Source: Candidatus Poseidoniaceae archaeon
Lineage (GTDB): Archaea; Thermoplasmatota; Poseidoniia; Poseidoniales; Poseidoniaceae
Length of the DNA stretch: 64,000 nucleotides
Assembly (NCBI GenBank): GCA_949372655.1
Contig: CASIAI010000009.1
Coordinates: 156 to 64,155, forward strand
Reading direction: 5' to 3'
Shown here in pieces: positions 7,504 through 17,055 of the stretch; position 1 is the stretch's first letter; every line of letters begins with the position of its first letter. A program made the position numbers and the translations under genes. The notes under the pieces were generated by a model, which did not search any database, had not been told where the DNA came from, and worked only from the letters and a program-made list of their open reading frames with translations.

Positions 7504-10500
7504 ATGCGTACATGGCTTGTAGTTGCAGTATTACTGGCCGTTATTGCATCTCCAATGTTGACACAAACTTCAGTTTTGGACGATTCAGGCGATAATTTGC
7601 AGTATTCAAATCCAATGCAAGCAACAATTTCACCTAGTTCTGGTTGGACCACGGGTGGAGATCAAATCACTATCACAGGTAGCGGCTTTTTGGACATGGC
7701 ATGGAAGAATCTCACTTCAGATGGTAATGCCTACACATGGACAACTACTACAGCGAGCTATGTTTACTATAGTGGGTGGGATCCTTCCATTGGAGTCGAC
7801 TCAAATGGAACCGTTCACATCGCCCACTCGAATATGGATAGTGATGATTTTTGGCTCAGCAGTTTTGATGGTTCAACATGGACGCATTTGAAAATTAGGA
7901 ATTGCGGGACATGTGCTCTAACGCAGATCTTGTTATTGACAGTAATGATAACATTCACATCGCTTATTATCACAGTATGTCGAGCACAGGCTACCTACTT
8001 TACACCATGTATGACGGAACCTCCTGGTCAAATAATTGGAGCACGTCTACTGCTGAGAACGACCAAATTTCCATAACCCTCGATGCAAATGACAGGCCGC
8101 ATATTTCCTACTCAAGGGATGGATCTATCTGCAATGCAGCGCTTTTAACCTATTATGATGGGTCTTCATGGACAACAATCACTCTGGATGACACAACCAC
8201 ATATGTTGGTTGTGACTCTTCCATTGCGATTGACTCAAACGGCTTTGTTCATGTTGCATACAGGCACCACGGCAACATGGACATGAAGATTGCTTCGAAC
8301 ATCAGTGGTTCTTGGCAACGCTACCTCGTCGATAACGGCAATGGCGTGGGCTATCACAGCGCTATGGCAGTGGACTCTAACGATGAACTTCATCTTGTTT
8401 ACGCATCCAATTCTGCTGGAAACACTGCGTACTTTGCAGACGGTGTCTCCGGTTCGGCTTGGACAGTTTCAAATCAAGGTAACTCAAGAGACACATTTAG
8501 CATGTACATTGACCAATTTGATATCGTTCACATTTCGGAGTACAACGGTAACTCAAATTTGGGCTACAGTATGATGGCGCCTGGTGGAACTCGGCAGTCA
8601 ATGACAGTTGACAACGTCGGTGATGTTGGCTATGAAAATGATATAGTTGTTGATGACAACAACATGATCCACATCGCATATTATGACACTTCAAACAAGT
8701 TGCTTAAGTACGCTAATCGTTCCACAGGGATGTCTATAACACAGGAAATCAGTGTACAATTTGGTAATTATGGGTACGTTACAGGACAAGTCGTAAACGA
8801 TACGACCATTGTCGTTAATACTCCAATTGCTGGTACAGTGGCCGAAACAGTAGATGTTAGTCTGTGGGACTTAGACGGTATCGAGCATGTTCTGAATTCG
8901 TCTTTCTCCTATATTTCTCCAGATGATGTAGACAGTGATGGAATAATCAATGCTAATGATAATTGTCCAAATATTGCAGGTACATCGACTCAAGATTTGC
9001 ATGGATGTCCAGACGATGATAATGATGGATACAGCAATTCAGGAGACGCATTCCCAAATGAGCCATCCCAATGGAATGATACAGATGGTGATGGATGTGG
9101 TGATAGGTCCGCTCTTCTCGGCGGGGTTAATTCCGACGCCTTCCCGTTGGATAGTACACAATGCTTAGACTCTGATAATGATGGCTACGGCGATAATCAA
9201 ACAGGCTTCCAACCGGATGCTTGCATTACTACTTGGGGTAATTCCACCAAGGGTAGATTTGGTTGTCTAGATGATGATGGTGATGGCTGGGCGAATCTCG
9301 ACGATATGTTCCCACTTGATGCAACTGAGCACAATGATACAGATGGTGACGGTGTTGGAGATAACTCTGATTGGGCGCCAAATGACGGTACTGAAAGTCA
9401 AGATTCAGATGGTGATGGAGTTGGTGATAACAGCGATGACTTCCGCAATGATGCAAGCGAAACACAGGACTCTGATGGTGACGGTATAGGTGATAATGCA
9501 GATGTGTTTCCGTTGAATGCTAATGAATGGGAAGATTTGGATGGTAACCAAATTCCAGATAACTCCGAGTCAAGTAAAATACAAATAACCTCTTCTTCTC
9601 AAGACTTAAAGATTCATCCTTACCATATCTATGCAAATAACCTGACACTCACTTTGGATGTTATCACCTCTGAAGGGTTTACCATGGTCTCTATTGAATC
9701 TAATCCGAGTATTACTCCAAATACTGGAGGACTTCCGTATGGTATGTATGGCGGAGATAGTCAAATCATAGCACTAGAATCTGGTCAAATTATGGCTCAG
9801 ATTCCCCCGGAATTTTTTACAGGCGCCTACATCAGCGATTTCAGCCCTTTAATTAATTTCACAGTACATGTAACTGGCGCTCCACATGGCTGTGAAGGCT
9901 CGCCGGAGTTTTGGGATACGCAACAGCAGACAGTCTGTCCCAGCAAGGTTGCAAACTATCGAACAGACTATTATGCAAATTTCTCAATGATGTTATGGAA
10001 CGGAGATGATGATAATGATGGCGTTGCAAATAGTTGGGATCTTTTCCCGTTAGACGCAAATGAAAGTCAAGATTCAGATGGCGACGGAGTTGGAGATAAT
10101 AGTGATGCTTTCCCTATGAATGCCTTTGAAATTTTTGACACAGATGGAGATGGAGTTGGTGATAACTCAGATGAATTCCCGAACGATGCAAGTGAATCTG
10201 TTGATACAGATGGCGACGGAGTTGGTGATAACTCAGATGCATTCCCGAGCGATGCTAGTGAATCTGTTGATACAGATGGTGATGGTATAGGAGATATCTC
10301 TGACCTTTGTATCAATACAATGCAAAATAATTCAGTTGATACTGACGGCTGTTCACTACAACAACTCAACGGTGATGGTAATGAAACAGATGATACACAG
10401 GGCAATCAAACTAATGGTACAGATAATACAAATCAAACAGAAGTACCAATTGACACCGATGGAGATGGAGTTTCAGACTTAGAAGATAATTGTCCTGGCA

Positions 10501-11201
10501 CTTCCCCAGATACTCTAGTTGACGCTTTTGGTTGTGAGATAGTTGAATCAGAAAATGATGAGGATGAATCTACTTCAGCATTTGAATCATTCTTTTCTGG
10601 AGATAGTGACCCTGTAACAACAACAGTAGGAATCGGTGCAATTCTACTCGCCTTGTTTACTCTACTGCAAACCAATGCAGTCGCTGCAGTTCTTCCTGAT
10701 ACCTTCCGCTGGGTTCAAGTTCTACGTAAGAATTCTAAACTTACCAAAGAAGAACGTAATGAGTTGACATATCTTCAATCATTAGTTCAAGCCTATCATA
10801 GCAATCCAGAGGAATTAGCTGAAGAATTAGTGAATTTGAAAGGGGACATTACCGCACGGTTTACCAATAATCAAATCAAGAAAGAGACCCGTGAAAAATT
10901 ACTAATTTTGATCGAGGAACTTCAATCTTCGACGCCGAATGAATTGTATCAAATTGCTCATAATGATGCCTATTTCGGTCTATCAGAGGTAATTGACACA
11001 GGCGATAGAACCAAACTCCTAGATGAAAAGTTAGCAATGACGAAAAGTGAAGATGAATTGAATAAACCTGAATCACCTTCGCACTATTCTTTAGGAGAAA
11101 TGGATGATAAAGGAACGTATTGGATGGAATGGCCAGAAGGTTCTGGAACATGGTATTACAGATATACTCCAGAAGATGATTGGTCAATCTATGAGAATTA
11201 G
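7504..11201 (+). CDS. Large surface protein (IPT/TIG + beta-propeller-like repeats + TSP3 Ca-binding repeats + TM + cytoplasmic domain), frameshifted near 7912
   Basis: The signal peptide and first repeats in frame 7504 continue into ORF 7902 via a 1-nt shift (KIRNCGTC / SNADLVIDSND). DxDGDGVGDNSD repeats; TM near the C-terminus. Confidence 0.8.
10066..10290 (+). repeat. Tandem ~69-nt repeats encoding TSP3-like units
   Basis: Near-identical ACAGATGG(A/C)GA(T/C)GGAGTTGGTGATAACTCAGATG units encoding DTDGDGVGDNSDxFPxDASESV. Confidence 0.8.
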
Positions 11202-11251
11202 ATAATTGGTGGATAAACATCAAGTCCCAAGCGGTATCCAATCGTTCTAGT

Positions 11252-11878
11252 TTAACGTCCCTTGAAATAACTGATAGTTGAATGAATTGAGACAAATAGA
11301 AGTAATAATCCAACTAATGGGAAAATGAAGAAGCAGCATATGAAAAAGTCAACTCCTGATAAACCAGGTAAAAGAACGGATTCACTTGGATTGGTCGGGT
11401 TGTAATATACTGTAATTTCCTTGCCTTCTGGATATTCATCATCTGAATTTGCAGACCAAGAATTACATGAATTTTCTGCAGTATAACTTATTCTTTCTCC
11501 GTCGTAAGTTCTTCCGTCAACTGTATATTGATAGTCGACATGTAAACAATATGTTGTTCCTCCTTCACCATCTGTTGAAGTTGATACATAGCTATTTTCT
11601 ACAATACCATCTACGGGCTCCCAATCACCAGTTCCTATGTCTGCAATTATGTCTGAACCAATAATTACAGTGGCAAAGAGCGATGCAGAGCACCATACGA
11701 TTGTAAAAAGCCAAAGTACAGCAAGCCCTCCAAAACTTGCTTCATTTAGTTCAACAGTATTTTCAGACTCATATTGTATTTCCTGAACATCATTATCTAT
11801 TTCCTCAAGTTCTTTTTCAAAGTCTTCTTCAGACTTTTCCTCGAGTTTTTCTTCCCAAAACTTGTTAGACACGCCCAT
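11252..11878 (-). CDS. DUF3592-like membrane protein
   Basis: TM - W..V.G.V..S...Y.Y.VDG..Y...YPEG..ITVYYNP.NPSESVL - TM. Confidence 0.8.
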   Translation of the reverse strand: MGVSNKFWEEKLEEKSEEDFEKELEEIDNDVQEIQYESENTVELNEASFGGLAVLWLFTIVWCSASLFATVIIGSDIIADIGTGDWEPVDGIVENSYVSTSTDGEGGTTYCLHVDYQYTVDGRTYDGERISYTAENSCNSWSANSDDEYPEGKEITVYYNPTNPSESVLLPGLSGVDFFICCFFIFPLVGLLLLFVSIHSTISYFKGR

Positions 11879-11939
11879 GCCTAATAGACATCACCTTTGT
11901 CATTTTTCCCGACGGTAAGTGACGTGAGCACAAACTATT

Positions 11940-12398
11940 CTACAAATCACTTGAAGAAATCTTTTCCGCCTCATCTCGCACTAAAATAGCGTGTAATGCC
12001 AAACCCACAGGCATCAGCATTATTCCAAAGAAAATTGTAGTTTTCATTATCCATGGATTGGTATTACGCTCTACACACCTCTTCCACATCCACCTTGTGA
12101 CAAATATATCTCCAGCCACCATGTGTGCCCATGCAGCAGATGCACCAGCTTTGGTACCCATTATTCCGGCGAGCCCCTCAAGGATTCCATTAGGGTCGGT
12201 TGAATCTTTAGCCAGGTCGATGAGTCCTTGCGGGTCAGCAATGGTGACAAGCCACCAAACAACTAGAGGCCCAAGGAAAAACCATGGCCCCTGTAGTACC
12301 TTTTGAGTCATTTTATGTTCAGGGTAAACTAGCATTGCAAACCAAAACGGCCCTACCCACATTGTTGAAAAAAAGAAGGAGATATCATAAGCGTCCAT
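11940..12398 (-). CDS. ABA4-like / DUF4281 membrane protein
   Basis: PFW.AML..P, AWAHMVAGDIFVTRW and PVGL..H motifs. Confidence 0.75.
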   Translation of the reverse strand: MDAYDISFFFSTMWVGPFWFAMLVYPEHKMTQKVLQGPWFFLGPLVVWWLVTIADPQGLIDLAKDSTDPNGILEGLAGIMGTKAGASAAWAHMVAGDIFVTRWMWKRCVERNTNPWIMKTTIFFGIMLMPVGLALHAILVRDEAEKISSSDL

Positions 12399-12454
12399 AT
12401 GACCGATTTAGTATGTTGTGTTTTAGTACCTTGTTTGCCAAATTTGCGTTATTT

Positions 12455-13291
12455 CTAAGATTCTGTTGTGGGGTCCCAGCCTGAAACATAGTTACATTCC
12501 AGAGATTTAATCGCTTCATATTCTCCTGAAATATCAATTTCCAGTGATTTAATATTCTCGACGATTCTTACAGGATTACTTGATTTAGGAATAGTAATAC
12601 ACCCTTCATCATAACAGAACTTTATTGCAACTTGGGCTGGAGTACAACCAATTTTACTTGCAATAGTGGCCAGTTCTGGGTCGTCCACTTTGTGACCTCT
12701 GGCCAGTGGTGAATAAGCCATGACTCGAGCTCCCACGTCTTCAGTGGCTTGTTTTAGATGAGGTCTTTGTAACCATGGGTTGAACTCAATTTGATTCACA
12801 CATGGCATGTAAGAAGCGTATTCTTTCATTGCTTCAAGATGTTTTGACCCATAGTTGGAAACACCTATCGCTTTGACTAAACCTTGTTCAAGACAGTATT
12901 CCATCGCTTTCCAAACCGGTGCTCGATGTTCTGGATTTTCAGGTGGCGCATGGACTAAATACAAGTCAATATAATCCATATCAAGTAGTTCTAAAGACTT
13001 CTTACAGTGTTCGATTGTATCTTCGTATCCTGTTGCATGTCCTCTTCTAAGTTTGGTTGTGATAAATACTGAATCCCGAGAAACCCCAGATTGTTTGATG
13101 GCTTGACCAACTTCCCATTCATTATTGTACATACTTGCAGTATCAATGTGAGTATATCCTGCATCCAGAGCTTTTAGGACTGAATTTTTACACTCACCTT
13201 CTGTTGTCATTAGAAACACTCCAAGTCCAAATTGGGGGACTTCGTGAGGGTAGGCTTCTTTGCCATCAGGCGTGTTATGGCTAATTCGCAT
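12455..13291 (-). CDS. Aldo/keto reductase
   Basis: GYTHIDTASMY, FITTK, YIDLYLVH, AIGVSN, NQIE and IPKS motifs. Confidence 0.92.
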   Translation of the reverse strand: MRISHNTPDGKEAYPHEVPQFGLGVFLMTTEGECKNSVLKALDAGYTHIDTASMYNNEWEVGQAIKQSGVSRDSVFITTKLRRGHATGYEDTIEHCKKSLELLDMDYIDLYLVHAPPENPEHRAPVWKAMEYCLEQGLVKAIGVSNYGSKHLEAMKEYASYMPCVNQIEFNPWLQRPHLKQATEDVGARVMAYSPLARGHKVDDPELATIASKIGCTPAQVAIKFCYDEGCITIPKSSNPVRIVENIKSLEIDISGEYEAIKSLECNYVSGWDPTTES

Positions 13292-13331
13292 GCATGATTC
13301 TACTGATAGGAGGTTGATGAATACCTCGTAA

Positions 13332-13976
13332 TCATTCTTCTTCAGACCAAGTTCTCCGCATTACTTTACCAGTTATATCAGCAGCATCCAGTGCTTCCAT
13401 ATCATGATCAATAATTAGGTGTTTAATCAGTTCATGCTGAAAAACCATTTCTTTACACTTCGGACATTCAAGTTGTCTTGCTTGCCTGAATCCTGCAAAT
13501 TCCATTCTTCCTTGCTTTGTTGTAAGTCTCCTACCAGTCCTGAGTAATACAGAGACAAAAACCAGTACAAACAATACAATTGCACAACCAAAGCCCATGA
13601 AAACGCCAGATGGAGGAGGATATTGTGATAACTTGATATCTTGAGTTACCGATACTTGATTAGAATTATCAGAACTATCTATCTGGATAACATGAGTAAA
13701 GTTTTCTCCTCTTAATGTAAGAAGGATTTCGACTCCATCTTCCTGTGATTCAGCATCTAACATTAGCGTAAATGCCCCATACGCATCTGTCATCGCTTTA
13801 GTTCCTCGATATTGATAGCATTGAGTATTGCCTGCCTCGCATTCAATCAATACATAATGAAGAGGTACTGGAGTATTGTCTGCATAGGTCGCTTTTCCAG
13901 AGATTAGGTAGGTTTCAGCACTAACTAGCGGGGCGAAAAATATGGTCAATATCATAATGACCAGTATTCGCCTCAT
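13332..13976 (-). CDS. Single-pass membrane protein with C-terminal C2H2-type Zn finger
   Basis: Signal peptide, small beta domain, TM, then CPKC...H...H. Confidence 0.7.
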   Translation of the reverse strand: MRRILVIMILTIFFAPLVSAETYLISGKATYADNTPVPLHYVLIECEAGNTQCYQYRGTKAMTDAYGAFTLMLDAESQEDGVEILLTLRGENFTHVIQIDSSDNSNQVSVTQDIKLSQYPPPSGVFMGFGCAIVLFVLVFVSVLLRTGRRLTTKQGRMEFAGFRQARQLECPKCKEMVFQHELIKHLIIDHDMEALDAADITGKVMRRTWSEEE

Positions 13977-14068
13977 AGTCGTTGCACATTATCGGCGCTT
14001 AAAGACCCTTGATTTCCTCCTTGAGGATTTATCAAAATACATGAATTAATAGAGTGTAGAAATGAGAT

Positions 14069-15565
14069 ATGGTTGTGGCAGTATCTTTGGTTTGGTTCAA
14101 ACGAGACTTGAGAGTCTCCGATAATCAAGCACTTTTAGAAGCCGTAAAAAGCCAACTACCCGTAATATGTTTATTCAATATCGAACCGGAAAGAATCCAC
14201 AGAGGTGATGTAGATACAATACATATCGAATGGGAATTAGATTGTTTAACAGAGTTAAGAAATTCTTTAGAATCCATTGGTGGCAAATTATTATTTAATT
14301 TTGGAAGTATAGTTGATGAACTAACAAAGATAAATCAACAGTATCAAATCAAGAAAATTTTCAGTAATGAAGAAACTGGTTTAACCTGGTCTTGGGAAGT
14401 TGATAAATCAGTTGCTAAATGGTGTATAAAGAATGAGGTAGACTTCACAGAGTATCCAACAAATGGTATAGTTAGAAGACTTGATTCACGTGATAATTGG
14501 AAGAAAGAAAGAGATTCTAGAGTGTGTGATGAACTGATAAAGACTCCAGAACAGATCATTTCACCGCAAGGATTAGAATCGGATGAAATCCCTAGAATTG
14601 AAGAGTTAGGTCTTGACCCAAGAGAACTAAAACAAAGACCTGAACCTGGTGAAAAAGCGGCTATATCAGTATTATTTTCATTTTTAGACCAAAGAGGTCG
14701 GACATATCGTAAAGATATGTCAAGTCCTATTACTGGACAAGATGCATGTTCTCGTCTTTCGCCGTATCTAAGTTCAGGATGTATCAGTATTAGGCAGATA
14801 TTTTATCATACAAGGAGAAAGCAAAAAAGAGTCAAACAAAATCCTCGCTCAGCAGAAAACAGAGGGTGGACTTCAAGTCTTAGTTCCTTTCAAAGTCGTT
14901 TGGCATGGCATTGTCATTTCATTCAACGCTTAGAATTTGAATCTACGATGGACCAGATAGCACTCAACCCAGAACTAGATGAGCAATTACAACGCGAATA
15001 TGATGAAGATAGATTTCTAGCTTGGAGCGAGGGAAATACAGGTTGGCCTTTTTTTGATGCCTGTATGAGATATTTGACAGCCACAGGGTGGATTAATTTT
15101 AGAATGCGGGCAATGCTTCAATCGGTTGCCTCATACACCCTTTGGCTACCATGGCAAGAGACTGGTAATCACTTGGCAAGACTATTTTTGGATTATGAGC
15201 CGGGTATACATTGGTCACAAGTCCATATGCAGTCAGGTGTTACAGGGATTAATTCAGTCAGAGCTTATTCAATTAGAAAACAATCAGAAGACCAAGACCC
15301 TCAAGGTGACTTCATCAGAGAGTGGGTCAAGGAATTAAGTCAAGTTCCAACCGAATTTATTCATGAGCCTTGGTTGATGTCTTTAGAGCAACAAAATCAG
15401 TATGGATGTATAATTGGAAAAGATTACTCAGAGCCGATTGTTGATGAAAAGTCAGCGAGAAAAGAAGGTGTTAGTAAATCATATTCAGCCAAAGGAAATC
15501 CCCAAGTCCGACAACGTTCAAGATTAGTCTATGACCTCCATGGCAGTCGTAGAAGACAAAAGTGA
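14069..15565 (+). CDS. phrB: DNA photolyase/cryptochrome family protein
   Basis: WFKRDLR..DN, SRLSPYL..G and TGWPFFDACMR.L..TGWINFRMR FAD-binding motifs. Confidence 0.9.
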   Translation: MVVAVSLVWFKRDLRVSDNQALLEAVKSQLPVICLFNIEPERIHRGDVDTIHIEWELDCLTELRNSLESIGGKLLFNFGSIVDELTKINQQYQIKKIFSNEETGLTWSWEVDKSVAKWCIKNEVDFTEYPTNGIVRRLDSRDNWKKERDSRVCDELIKTPEQIISPQGLESDEIPRIEELGLDPRELKQRPEPGEKAAISVLFSFLDQRGRTYRKDMSSPITGQDACSRLSPYLSSGCISIRQIFYHTRRKQKRVKQNPRSAENRGWTSSLSSFQSRLAWHCHFIQRLEFESTMDQIALNPELDEQLQREYDEDRFLAWSEGNTGWPFFDACMRYLTATGWINFRMRAMLQSVASYTLWLPWQETGNHLARLFLDYEPGIHWSQVHMQSGVTGINSVRAYSIRKQSEDQDPQGDFIREWVKELSQVPTEFIHEPWLMSLEQQNQYGCIIGKDYSEPIVDEKSARKEGVSKSYSAKGNPQVRQRSRLVYDLHGSRRRQK

Positions 15566-15599
15566 ATTATATTCTCCTTAAATCGGTTTTCTTTATGTT

Positions 15600-15893
15600 G
15601 TGTCGACCCTACGCATTAATCGAGGGATAGTCAAGATGCAGGGCGAGGATATGATTTCACGTATCTCAGGTCTTGATGTATACTTGCCCTCAGGGCGTCG
15701 ACTTGGCGTTGTTTATGATGCTGTAATAGACACATCAGGAATCCGTTGTACTCATCTCTTTGTTAGGGAAACCGACCACGAACTCGTTGAAGGTGGAATA
15801 AATATCGCAGTTCCATGGCGCTGGGTTCGCGGAGTCAATGATATTGTCATGCTTAGATGGTTTCCACCTACGCCGATCCCTATGAATTCTTGA
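15600..15893 (+). CDS. PRC-barrel domain protein
   Basis: G.DVY...G..LG.V.D.VID...VPW..V..V.D pattern. Confidence 0.8.
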   Translation: MSTLRINRGIVKMQGEDMISRISGLDVYLPSGRRLGVVYDAVIDTSGIRCTHLFVRETDHELVEGGINIAVPWRWVRGVNDIVMLRWFPPTPIPMNS

Positions 15894-15902
15894 GGTGAAA
15901 GA

Positions 15903-17033
15903 ATGAGTTTCGATATTCATATTCTTGGTACTTCATCGGCTCGTCCAACCGGTTCAAGACAAGTCAGTGGAAGTATTGTTGTCTGTGATGAAGGAGTTGC
16001 AGTAGTCGATGCTGGCGAAGGCTTCCAATCACGATTTGCCATTCAAAGAAGACGGATGAAACAATCCGATAAGAGTCAAATCAAAGTTAGTCGAGTAGAT
16101 GTATTATGCTTGACACATGGACACTTAGACCATACATGGGGAGTACTTCCATGGCTTCATACCCTTTCTTTAGATAAGCGTAAAAAACCACTTTTGATAC
16201 TTGGGCCAACCTCAGGTGAAGTATTAGAATCAGTACTTTCTAATTCTGATTTACCAGAAAATACCTCTAATTCCGACTTATTAATTCAGTGGCGTTCTTG
16301 GCACCAATTAGGAGGTACCTCACAACAATTAGGCTTCCCAGTTAGATGGATTTTAGGAGATGTCAAATCTAATCGGTGGATTGAATTATTACCAGATAGC
16401 GATTCTGTAATTGAATTAGATAAAATGCCCCAGCCCGATGGATGGTCTAATAATAAAATCAAACCATTACCGACTAACCATACCGTTCCATCATGTGGTT
16501 GGCATTTTTCTTCAAAGCCTAAAAAAGGTAAATTCAATCGTTTAAGGGCTGCTGAACTGAAACTCTCGGATGCTCATAGAGCGGGTCTTGCAAGGGGTGA
16601 AGACCAAACTTTGGAAGATGGTAGAATCCTAGCCTCTGATGAGTTTAGGTCTCCTGATTCGGGAGGTATAAGCGTAGTTCTTTCAGGTGATACATCAGAA
16701 ATGTCTGAGGGTATAACAAGTCTTGAGAATTGTGATGTACTCGTTCATGAGTCAACTTTTCTTGAAGATTCGAGTGAACGGGCCATGAATTATCTTCATA
16801 GTACTGCAAGTGGAGCTGCTAGAACTGCATTATCAGGTGGCGCCAAAAACCTTGTTCTAACCCATTTTGGTGCCAGAATAAAAGACACTGATGAGTTATT
16901 GTCTCAGGCACGAGAACAATTAGGCGAATCCAAGACTGCACTTACTGCTGCAAGCGATGGAGATCGAATTCATGTTTCTGATTTAGGTTCTGTCACGCAC
17001 CATTATTGGGGCGAGCAAGGCTGGTCAAATTGA
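15903..17033 (+). CDS. rnz: Ribonuclease Z
   Basis: LGTSS..P, DAGEG, THGHLDH, exosite arm, SGDT, HEST, HST and LTHF motifs. Confidence 0.9.
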   Translation: MSFDIHILGTSSARPTGSRQVSGSIVVCDEGVAVVDAGEGFQSRFAIQRRRMKQSDKSQIKVSRVDVLCLTHGHLDHTWGVLPWLHTLSLDKRKKPLLILGPTSGEVLESVLSNSDLPENTSNSDLLIQWRSWHQLGGTSQQLGFPVRWILGDVKSNRWIELLPDSDSVIELDKMPQPDGWSNNKIKPLPTNHTVPSCGWHFSSKPKKGKFNRLRAAELKLSDAHRAGLARGEDQTLEDGRILASDEFRSPDSGGISVVLSGDTSEMSEGITSLENCDVLVHESTFLEDSSERAMNYLHSTASGAARTALSGGAKNLVLTHFGARIKDTDELLSQAREQLGESKTALTAASDGDRIHVSDLGSVTHHYWGEQGWSN

Positions 17034-17055
17034 TTCAAACTAGCGCATAGTTGAA

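Noticed and set aside
8930-10500. GATGGxGAxGG repeats as a CRISPR or non-coding array
   Set aside because: They are in-frame TSP3-like coding repeats.
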